Source: Candidatus Aminicenantes bacterium (lineage in GTDB: Bacteria > Acidobacteriota > Aminicenantia > Aminicenantales > Aminicenantaceae). From it: 64,000 nt of DNA. Numbering within the stretch: position 1 is the first letter of the stretch; every line of letters begins with the position of its first letter. The notes beneath the pieces were generated by a model. The model did no database searches, had not been told where the DNA came from, and saw only the letters and a program-made list of their open reading frames with translations. The stretch spans positions 318 to 64,317 of the forward strand of contig DAOVDU010000002.1 in NCBI GenBank assembly GCA_030669305.1, written 5' to 3'. The position numbers were made by a program, and so were the translations under genes. Shown here piece after piece: positions 9,706 to 17,712 of the stretch.

Positions 9706-11361
9706 ATGCAAAATAAAAAAACAATCTTAATCGCAGGCATATTTTTTGTCTCTTTTATATTTTTGGGTGTTTTCGTAAATGCTCAAGACCATTGTACTGA
9801 CATAATTGTTGGAAAGAATGCCTCTGTGGATGGATCGGTCATAACCTCCCATACAGGTTGCTGTCCCGAATGCAGGGTCCATGTGGTTCCCGCGCAGACT
9901 TTTAAGAAAGGGGCCATGGCTCCTGTTTATTATGGACTACAAGATGTCAAAAAGCCTTTGTATAAATACGGAAAGATACTCGGATATATACTCCAAGTGG
10001 AAAAAACCTATGCCTATTTTCACACAGGATATCCCCAGATGAACGAGTTTCAATTAGCCATCGGTGAGAGTACGCTCAGCCAGAGGGATGAATTAAAGGT
10101 TGATGAAACGATAGGTAAGCAGATAATGACTATTGAACAGGCTCAATTGTTTGCGCTGCAGAGATGCAAGACGGCAAGAGAGGCAATTAAATTAATCACA
10201 TCATTAGTAGAAAAGTATGGATTTTTGCCATCTTGCGGGCCTGAATCAGAGGCCCTCTGTATAGCCGATCCTAATGAAGCCTGGGTATTAGAAGTTTTCA
10301 GCGTTGGAATGGACTGGGAACCCGGGAAAGGAGAGCTTGGTGCGATATGGGCTGCTCAAAGAGTTCCGGATGACCATGTGGCGATTGTCCCCAACTGGAG
10401 TATTATTAAAGAAATTGACCTAAACAACCCAGACTACTTCATGGCTTCAGAGAATTACATGCAGGTGGCTATTGATTATGGCTGGTATGACCCGAAAAAA
10501 GGGAAGCCCTTTATCTGGCAGGAAATCTATGCACCAATACCTAGAGAATGGGCCGTTAACCGTTTGTGGCTGTTTTACAGCACGGTTGCTCCTAATTTTA
10601 AGGAATGGCCCAAGAAAAAGCTCTCCACAGCTTTCAGCGGATACAATGCATACCATCAGTATCTTGAGGATATTTCCTATTATCCCTTTTCCGTAAAACC
10701 TGAAAAGAGACTGTCAGTGCAGGATGTCATAGCCTTTCAGCGCTCTGTTTTTGAAGGGACAATCTATGACATGACTGCAGATGCTGACTGGTTTGTTCCA
10801 GATGGAAAGGGCGGAATGGTAAAAAGTCCGCTGGCTACCCCTTTTCCTACTAAGGACATGAGGGAGTTGCTGGACATAACCTGGCGTCGTATGGTCTCTA
10901 GAGGAGGCTACGGCATGGTTGCTCAGGTGAGAGGCTGGCTGCCTGATCCTATAGGAGGCGTTTACTGGTTTTACCTCGATAACCAGCATATCAGTACTTA
11001 TGTACCTATTTATGCGGGAGTTCAAGAGATTTCTCCCCTGTATAAAAACTACGACCCCGATAAATTTAGCGAGGATTCTGCCCGTTGGGCGATCGATTTT
11101 GTAGATAACCTTCTCTATCTGAGATGGCAGGATGCCATAAAGGATTTACGGGCGGTTCGTGACCCGATAGAAGCTGAATTTTTTGAAAAACAGGCATCCA
11201 TCGATGCAAAAGCTCTTGAGTTATACAAGAAGGATCCAAAGCAAGCGAAGAAATTCCTGACTGATTACACAAGATCGAACATGGAAAAGATTGTTAAAAT
11301 GTATAAAGATTTGAGAAATTTCCTTATCACAAAATACACAAATAACAAGCTAGGATTATAG
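9706..11361 (+). CDS. Peptidase family C69 dipeptidase
   Basis: Signal peptide then ...AQDHCTDIIVGKNASVDGSVITSHT, the Cys-nucleophile N-terminus typical of C69/PepD-like dipeptidases. Size 551 aa. Confidence 0.85.
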   Translation: MQNKKTILIAGIFFVSFIFLGVFVNAQDHCTDIIVGKNASVDGSVITSHTGCCPECRVHVVPAQTFKKGAMAPVYYGLQDVKKPLYKYGKILGYILQVEKTYAYFHTGYPQMNEFQLAIGESTLSQRDELKVDETIGKQIMTIEQAQLFALQRCKTAREAIKLITSLVEKYGFLPSCGPESEALCIADPNEAWVLEVFSVGMDWEPGKGELGAIWAAQRVPDDHVAIVPNWSIIKEIDLNNPDYFMASENYMQVAIDYGWYDPKKGKPFIWQEIYAPIPREWAVNRLWLFYSTVAPNFKEWPKKKLSTAFSGYNAYHQYLEDISYYPFSVKPEKRLSVQDVIAFQRSVFEGTIYDMTADADWFVPDGKGGMVKSPLATPFPTKDMRELLDITWRRMVSRGGYGMVAQVRGWLPDPIGGVYWFYLDNQHISTYVPIYAGVQEISPLYKNYDPDKFSEDSARWAIDFVDNLLYLRWQDAIKDLRAVRDPIEAEFFEKQASIDAKALELYKKDPKQAKKFLTDYTRSNMEKIVKMYKDLRNFLITKYTNNKLGL

Positions 11362-11453
11362 TTAAAGAGAATGTCTCCCTCTTTTTTGAAGGTAGATGGA
11401 TACTGAACTAAATTTTTTATATTTCGTACTATTTATTAAGGAGGCAAATCATA

Positions 11454-12161
11454 ATGAGATGTAAAAGAGTCCTAAAAATTTTACTTATAACTATAATAGT
11501 CGTAGGAATAGGTGCATGTGTAGAAGTTGGCGAGCTGAAGGAAGAAACTCATACTATTCAATTAGGTGAAGCAGAATCTGTAGAACTAGAATTACACATG
11601 GGAGCAGGGGAACTGAGACTTCAAGGAGGGGTAGGGGAACTTATGGAAGGGACATTTCTATACAATGTTGACCGATGGAAGCCTGAAATTGATTATTATG
11701 TCTCTGGCAACCGGGGAATACTCAAAATCAGACAGGGAAAAAAATCCGGTATTCCTGTGGGTAAGACACGAAATAAATGGGATATTAACTTGAGCAATGA
11801 TGTTCCTCTTGATATTGAAATCAATTTTGGAGCAGGAGAAGGAAAGCTTGATTTTAGAGGATTGACTTTATGTTCCCTTGACATTGATATGGGGGTAGGT
11901 AACCTGATTGTTGACCTTTCGGGTGAACAAAGACAGAATCTGGATGTGAACATTGACGGCGGTGTTGGTAGTGACACTCTTTATCTTCCTGAGAATATCG
12001 GTGTTCGAGTGCATGTCGATGGGGGAATTGGGTCTATCAGAACGAAAGGAATGAATAGGGATGGGAAAGTCTATACCAATGATGCATATGGAAAAACTGA
12101 TGTCTCAATTGACATTAAAATAGATGCTGGCGTAGGCAGTATTGATTTAAAATTGAAGTAA
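11454..12161 (+). CDS. Lipoprotein with repeated G-x-G beta-strand units (toastrack/LiaF-C-like, DUF4097/DUF2154-like)
   Basis: Lipobox GIGAC. Repeated (D/N)xxxGxGx(I/L) units, e.g. HMGAGELRLQGGVGEL, NFGAGEGKL, DGGVGSDTL, DGGIGSI, DAGVGSIDL. Confidence 0.45.
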   Translation: MRCKRVLKILLITIIVVGIGACVEVGELKEETHTIQLGEAESVELELHMGAGELRLQGGVGELMEGTFLYNVDRWKPEIDYYVSGNRGILKIRQGKKSGIPVGKTRNKWDINLSNDVPLDIEINFGAGEGKLDFRGLTLCSLDIDMGVGNLIVDLSGEQRQNLDVNIDGGVGSDTLYLPENIGVRVHVDGGIGSIRTKGMNRDGKVYTNDAYGKTDVSIDIKIDAGVGSIDLKLK

Positions 12162-12305
12162 GCTAATAACAATAAAAGAAGGCAAAAGAGGGAACAAAAG
12201 GGAACATTCCCCATTTTCTTGACGTTTGTTTTTTTCTGTGATAATAGCTTATTATAATAGAACCGTCCTCAATTTAAAAATTTAATAAAAGGAGAGAGGC
12301 TAAAA

Positions 12306-14015
12306 ATGTTAAAGAAACTATTGGCTATTTTAACTTCTGTTTATTTGTTATTCATTGTCATCGGGTGTACTAAGGCATACAAAGGAGAGCCTGCAGATCT
12401 TGTGATTAAAAATGCTGAGATTGTCACAATCGATAAGGACAATCCCAGGGCTGAGGCTGTTGCTGTAAAAGGAGAGTTCATAATCGCCGTGACTTCAAAC
12501 AAAAAAATTAATCAGTATATCGGCGAGGGAACCACAAAAGTGATCGATGCCAAAGGGCGCCTATTAGTTCCTAGTTTCAATGATGCACATATCCACTTCA
12601 CAAGCGGTGGACGCTCAATGATGAATCTGGATTTTCGCTATGTGCACGATGTAGAAACTATTAAACAGATGGTCAAGGAAAAAGTCGCACAGTCTAAACC
12701 CGGAGAGTTGATCGTGGGGAGAGGCTGGGAACACGAAACGTTTCCGGAAAAAAAATGGCCTACAAAAGAGATCCTAGATGTCGTTGCTCCTGACAATCCA
12801 GTAATGCTCAGCAGGGCAGACGGACATTCAGTCTGGGTGAACAGCTACATTATAAAAAGGTCCGAAATAACTAAAGATACACCTGATCCTCCAAACGGCA
12901 CGATTGTCAAAGATCCTGTTACTGGTGAGCCTACTGGCATATTTAAAGAGGGAGCAAGGCGCTTGTTGAAGGTTGAAAGTTCAGTTAAACTTACATCTGA
13001 AGAACAGGAAGAACGTGCTGACAGAGGTTTAGAACTTGCCCTGGGTGCGGCCAGGCGGACCGGCGTGACGAGCATCCAACAACTCAACGGAGAATATGAA
13101 CGTTTTCAAAGATTCAAGGACGAAAGTAAGCTTACCTTACGGGTTACTTTTAACATGGCCATGCCCGTAGATGAGCAAGGCCTTAAGAGGCTTGATGAAC
13201 TTCGCAAACGGTTCCCGCAAGAAAACAACTGGATTCGATTTGGATACTTGAAGATTTTCATCGACGGAACGCTTGGTTCAGGCACAGCTCTGATGTTTGA
13301 GCCTTTTGAAGATGACCCCAGCACAAGCGGGCTGCCTATGATGCCTTACGAGGAATACGAGCGGAGGATTGTTGCCGCAGATGCCATGGGATTTCAGACT
13401 GGCACGCATGCGATCGGCACAAAAGGAAATAACTGGGTTCTCAATGCTATTGAAAAGGCGCTGGAGGTTAACGGAAAACGTAACAGCCGCCACCGCAGCG
13501 AACATGCGCAGATTTTACTGCTCTCTGATATACCGCGATTTGCAGAGCTCGGTGTAATTGCTTCTATGCAGCCGACCCACTGCATCACTGACAAGCGGTT
13601 TGCTGAGAAGAGAATCGGCATGGAGCGGTGCAAAGGGGCCTATGCCTGGCAGAAATTTCTGGATGCTGGAGTTCATATTGCCTTTGGTACCGACTGGGCG
13701 GTTGAGCCGATCGATCCGCTGGAAGGACTTTATGCTGCTGTTACGAGAAAAGACCGTGCAGGCGAGCCGGGCGAAGGGTGGTTCCCGGATCAGAAACTAA
13801 GTATGGAAAAGGCAATCGAACTCTATACGCTTGGTTCTGCTTATGCCGAATTCATGGAAGACCGCAAAGGTATGATAAAGGTCGGGTACTTTGGGGATAT
13901 GGTCATTTTTAACAATGACTTGATGACTATTCCACACGATGAGATCATGCCTTCAAAAGTGGATTATACTATCGTGGGTGGCAAAATCGTCTTCAAAAGG
14001 GAAGGAGTAAAGTAA
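12306..14015 (+). CDS. Amidohydrolase-family metal-dependent hydrolase (amidohydrolase_3-like), lipoprotein
   Basis: VPSFNDAHIHF metal-binding HxH motif. Lipobox VIGCT. 569 aa. Confidence 0.85.
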   Translation: MLKKLLAILTSVYLLFIVIGCTKAYKGEPADLVIKNAEIVTIDKDNPRAEAVAVKGEFIIAVTSNKKINQYIGEGTTKVIDAKGRLLVPSFNDAHIHFTSGGRSMMNLDFRYVHDVETIKQMVKEKVAQSKPGELIVGRGWEHETFPEKKWPTKEILDVVAPDNPVMLSRADGHSVWVNSYIIKRSEITKDTPDPPNGTIVKDPVTGEPTGIFKEGARRLLKVESSVKLTSEEQEERADRGLELALGAARRTGVTSIQQLNGEYERFQRFKDESKLTLRVTFNMAMPVDEQGLKRLDELRKRFPQENNWIRFGYLKIFIDGTLGSGTALMFEPFEDDPSTSGLPMMPYEEYERRIVAADAMGFQTGTHAIGTKGNNWVLNAIEKALEVNGKRNSRHRSEHAQILLLSDIPRFAELGVIASMQPTHCITDKRFAEKRIGMERCKGAYAWQKFLDAGVHIAFGTDWAVEPIDPLEGLYAAVTRKDRAGEPGEGWFPDQKLSMEKAIELYTLGSAYAEFMEDRKGMIKVGYFGDMVIFNNDLMTIPHDEIMPSKVDYTIVGGKIVFKREGVK

Positions 14016-14052
14016 AGTAATAAAATTCCTATACGAATTTCCAAATGCCAAA

Positions 14053-14130
14053 CAAGCATCAAAATCCCAATGACCAAAACTAAAAAAAATTAAGATAATT
14101 AACCTTGTTTTGTAATCTTAGTAATTGAAA
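14053..14130. repeat. 78-nt repeat, copy A (second copy at 22951-23028)
   Basis: caagcatcaaaatcccaatgaccaaaactaaaaaaaattaagataatta..cttgttttgtaat.ttagtaattgaaa is near-identical at both sites. Each copy lies just 3' of a minus-strand gene stop. Confidence 0.8.
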
Positions 14131-14141
14131 CCGGCTTATTC

Positions 14142-14903
14142 CTATTTTACGATTTTTCCTTGAAGGATAAGGATCAAGGCTTTATCACCACCGTCAAGCT
14201 TGGAGACACCAACCACAGTCCTTTCTCCACTTTTTATTGTCAAAGGAGTATTAATAAGAGTTTGATATTTTTTTATTCCTTCATGGAAATAACCTGTAAA
14301 CTGCCTTAACCTCAATTCTAACTGAAAAACATCTTCTTTCTCTTCCCGGACATAACGAGGTACCAATCTAAGCTCTAAATCCAGGTCAGATCCGCCAATA
14401 CGGTGATCAGAATATCCTCCATCCTGAACTCTTAGGAAGGAAGAACCAACTTTATTGTAGTATTTGTAGCTTAATACTTTTTTTAATTCTTTTATCAGAG
14501 GATCAGATTCTAATTTCTTGTCTTGTTCCTTTGCCTTGAGAAATCGGGAAACATTGGAAGCATCCTTTGAACTTTCCCCTATCCCTAAAATCAGGTCCAC
14601 AGTGAACAGTATGTCTACAGGCTTGACGTCGATTTTCTTGAGGAGCGCAAGCATCTTCTCAACAATCTCCGGTGTATCCTGAACCGTAATTATATTCAGC
14701 TCACTCTGGATTCTAATACGGCCGAAGCCTAAGCTTTGATAACTCTGAAGAAGTTCATAGGCCTGTCTTGCCTTGATATATTTAAGCTTAACAAATTCCG
14801 TCTTCAGTTCGGGTTTTTTAGCCTGTCCGGATGAAGCATAGACATTTAAAGAAGCTCCAGCCAAAAAGCAAAGCACTAAAAGGCCTGCTAAAAATTTCTT
14901 CAT
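14142..14903 (-). CDS. Secreted hypothetical protein, possible secretin-N/NolW-like fold
   Basis: Signal peptide. The segment LKYIKARQAYELLQSY...IITVQDTPEIVEKMLALLKKID resembles secretin N-domain patterning (weak). Last gene of the ECF sigma operon. Confidence 0.4.
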   Translation of the reverse strand: MKKFLAGLLVLCFLAGASLNVYASSGQAKKPELKTEFVKLKYIKARQAYELLQSYQSLGFGRIRIQSELNIITVQDTPEIVEKMLALLKKIDVKPVDILFTVDLILGIGESSKDASNVSRFLKAKEQDKKLESDPLIKELKKVLSYKYYNKVGSSFLRVQDGGYSDHRIGGSDLDLELRLVPRYVREEKEDVFQLELRLRQFTGYFHEGIKKYQTLINTPLTIKSGERTVVGVSKLDGGDKALILILQGKIVK

Positions 14904-15421
14904 TTTTTATCCTCCAAATCGAAATTTTTATTAAAGAACCAGACTATTTTTAGCCCGGTATCTTTTGAAACTATTGTCATGGAAATTATGTCCTGTTCTG
15001 ATTTATCCTTAAAACTTTCAAAGAGCTTAGCTTGGGATTCTGCCACCATCCTTGTTCCCGGGATTACTCCCTCTTTGTAAAAACCAGGTCTTATAACAAA
15101 AAAAGTAAGCACAACGGCAAAAACAGCCATCATCACATAAGCCCAGACTTTCCTGAATGGCCACAGAGCAAGAGGCGATAACTCTGGTTCTTTGTCTCCA
15201 ATGGCTATCTTAACAACCTGCTGCCATTCCCTATCTTCCCAATCTTCTCTTTCTTTTGCGAGCCATTCCTTTGTTTTCCCCAAAGACAAAACATAAGAAT
15301 CATATTCATTCCGGCACTCCGGACATTTTTCCATATGAGCTTTAACCTCTGATACTTTGGATTTAGAAATATCAGAACCTACAATCAGAGGAAGATAACG
15401 CTGGACCTTTTTGCATTTCAT
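14900..15421 (-). CDS. Anti-sigma factor, zf-HC2 type with one TM helix
   Basis: HMEKCPECRNEYD zinc-finger motif near the N-terminus and a central TM segment. Translationally coupled to the sigma factor by a 4-nt overlap. Confidence 0.7.
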   Translation of the reverse strand: MKCKKVQRYLPLIVGSDISKSKVSEVKAHMEKCPECRNEYDSYVLSLGKTKEWLAKEREDWEDREWQQVVKIAIGDKEPELSPLALWPFRKVWAYVMMAVFAVVLTFFVIRPGFYKEGVIPGTRMVAESQAKLFESFKDKSEQDIISMTIVSKDTGLKIVWFFNKNFDLEDKK

Positions 15422-15990
15422 CTTTTTACATCCCTTACCTCTACAGGATATATTTTTTCGAATTGTGTCTTTATTTTTTGCCTGGCACGTAACAGATTAG
15501 TCCGGACACTTACAGATGAGCATCCAAGAATCTCTGACGTCTCTTTTATGGAAAATCCTTCTCCGTCCCGCAGGATAAAAACAGCTTTTTCTTTAGGACC
15601 TAAATTTTGAAGGCAGGCCTTGATTTTATTTTTTATCTCTTTATTCAGAAGCTGTTTTTCAGGATCCTGGTTTATGCTGGCAGCCAGACTTTTCTGCCTC
15701 TCTACTATTTCTTCATACTTTTTCTTCTTTCTCAAAAAATCATAGGTGGAATTCACTGTTATTTTGTATATCCAGTTTTGGAAGCTTTCCCCTTTTTTAA
15801 ATTTATAAAGATATTTATAAATTTTAATAAGAGTATCCTGGCAGACCTCTTTTGCTTCTTCCAAATTTTCTGTCATTCGATATGCCATGTTCAAGATCCC
15901 CTGGCGGTAAGGCCGGAGAAGAATCTCAAAGGAAACATCGTCTCCTCTGAGGACTTCCTCAACCAGTTCATCATCATTCTTCATCCACAT
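15418..15990 (-). CDS. RNA polymerase sigma-70 factor, ECF subfamily
   Basis: Region 2 (LIKIYKYLYKFK...QNWIYKITVN) and region 4 HTH (FSIKETSEILGCSSVSVRTNLLRARQKI) are present. Confidence 0.85.
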   Translation of the reverse strand: MWMKNDDELVEEVLRGDDVSFEILLRPYRQGILNMAYRMTENLEEAKEVCQDTLIKIYKYLYKFKKGESFQNWIYKITVNSTYDFLRKKKKYEEIVERQKSLAASINQDPEKQLLNKEIKNKIKACLQNLGPKEKAVFILRDGEGFSIKETSEILGCSSVSVRTNLLRARQKIKTQFEKIYPVEVRDVKR

Positions 15991-16086
15991 TAATATACTT
16001 GTCTTTTGCTAAAAATGTTAACCTAAATTATTCATAAAAACTGCCGATGCCATAATTCATTCTCAATAATATAAATTCTTGAGTGT

Positions 16087-16638
16087 TAGAAAAGGGGTCG
16101 CGTCTCAACATTCAACATTTCTGAGAACGGGTTCAGGTCCCATTTTTCCATACAGAGATTTAATTCATTTGTAAGGGCTTGATTTATCAAGCCCGCCGTT
16201 TATGAATAAATCAAATCCAGACATGTTATCGAAATGTAGGTTTGATGAATCAAACCCCTATATAAGTTGTTGTATTTTGAGAAACATTCTCTTATTTTTT
16301 ATTTTTCCTTTTCCAATAATAATAAACCGGTATTCCCAGTGCGGTTAAAAAGATGCCGGCCAGAGCTTCAACGGGTTTTTCTATCAGCGTATTGAGAAGA
16401 ATGCCTAGTGAAGCGAAAATGAATATAATGGGGACTGCAGGATATCCCCAGGTCTTATACGGAAAGATAAAAATTTCCTTTTTGCGATAGCACCAATTCC
16501 TCGCCATTTTCCTTTATTTTCGTCAGCTGAAATCCTGAAGTGAAAATATCACACTCAAAACGGCAGCGTCAATTGCCAGTGCTCTCCCTTCTCCTCGGCT
16601 GCCATCAGAAGTTCCTGCTGGAAGACCCGAGGTGGAGG
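16087..16638. repeat. 552-bp segmental repeat, copy 1 (copy 2 at 22453-22950, about 90% identical, lacking an internal 54-nt block)
   Basis: The two copies were aligned by eye and are in the same orientation. The repeat contains the hairpin gggcttgatttatcaagccc and a decayed permease 3' end. Confidence 0.85.
16292..16507 (-). pseudogene. C-terminal fragment (71 codons) of an APC-family amino-acid permease
   Basis: ...YKTWGYPAVPIIFIFASLGILLN...GIPVYYYWKRKNKK is a typical APC-permease C-terminus. No upstream transporter body. The copy-2 counterpart (about 22640-22800) has an in-frame stop. Confidence 0.55.
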
Positions 16639-17033
16639 AGGGCGTTGTGCATGAAAAGTGAGGTTTCCTCCTCAATTATGGGAGGATGAGCAGAGTTTTG
16701 CTCTTCAAAACCGGAAAAACATGAATCCGGCGTGATGGCAAGAGTTTCTTTGTTGAGCTCTTCCTTGAGTCTGCCAAGGGTGCTCTCCCAGCGATCTTGG
16801 AATATGTCTCCCATTGCCGTTATTACCACATTGGGCGAGGAGTTGATACAGTCGATGGCTGTGCCTGTACCCCTGCCGCCGCAACCGATGAGACCAACCT
16901 GAATTTTATCCGAACCAGAAGCACGGAGAAAGCCTGTTCTGGACACGGCGGCAGCCAGGGAAATTACTGAGGTTACTTTTATAAAGTCACGTCTGGACAT
17001 ATTCTGTTTTGTTTCCTTGCTTTTCTTATTCAT
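16605..17033 (-). pseudogene. N-terminal fragment of a Tat-exported Gfo/Idh/MocA-family oxidoreductase
   Basis: MSRRDFIKVTSVISLAAA Tat signal plus Rossmann motif VGLIGCGGRG. Terminates after 142 aa where the 552-bp repeat begins. Full-length members are about 400 aa. Confidence 0.55.
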
Positions 17034-17055
17034 GATCTCTCCTTAAAAATATATG

Positions 17056-17410
17056 GGTCAATGTTTCCTAAAAATTATCACAAGCCCGGTAGGCTTCAAT
17101 CACTGCCTTCTCTCCCTCCTTACCGGGCAGGCTTTTGCCATGATCCATGCACAGAACATCATCATACCCTTTGTTGTATATGTGCTTAAAAATATTCTTG
17201 TAATTAATCTCACCAGTGGTAGGCTCCTTACGGCCCGGTGTGTCGCCTAAATGGAAGCTGGCGATCTCCTCCCAGGCCCTGCACTATCAAAGTCCATTTT
17301 GCATAAACACGTTTGGCTGTCTCTATTGCTGCTTTCATCTTCTCTGCCAGCATCTTACGTATCTCTTTGTCCTGGGCGTATCCGGCAAATCTTTTTTTTG
17401 CTCTCTCACT
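17056..17410 (-). pseudogene. Frameshifted C-terminal fragment of a sugar-phosphate isomerase/epimerase (xylose-isomerase-like TIM barrel)
   Basis: Minus-strand translation gives ...EEIASFHLGDTPGRKEPTTGEINYKNIFKHIYNKGYDDVLCMDHGK* in one frame. The upstream part (…AKRVYAKWTLIVQGLGGD) is in another frame. Confidence 0.45.
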
Positions 17411-17712
17411 ATTCCCTCCTTATCATTTTGATTTAGATGTATTTAATAATGACCCATTATCACGAGTCATTCATTTTACGTAAGACAGAGTGACAGCCAA
17501 TCCTGTCACGGGAAAAAAGCTGCTTACTATGTGCAATTTCTTCTTGCTTTTCTGGATGGGATAATAAAAAATATAATGGCTATTTAGCCATCTAATGCAC
17601 GAATTTTTTTTAAACTCATCAAAGTCATATCAGAGAAAGGGGAAACTGATACCAAGAAAATACCGCTGATTGATAAGTTAAAATAGAAAAAACAACTAAT
17701 TGGAGGGAAGCA

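Noticed and set aside
16150-16172. Hairpin gggcttgatttatcaagccc as a rho-independent terminator
   Set aside because: Stem is strong but the loop is only 2 nt and there is no following U-tract on either strand. It is conserved in both repeat copies, so it is probably part of the repeat structure rather than a terminator.
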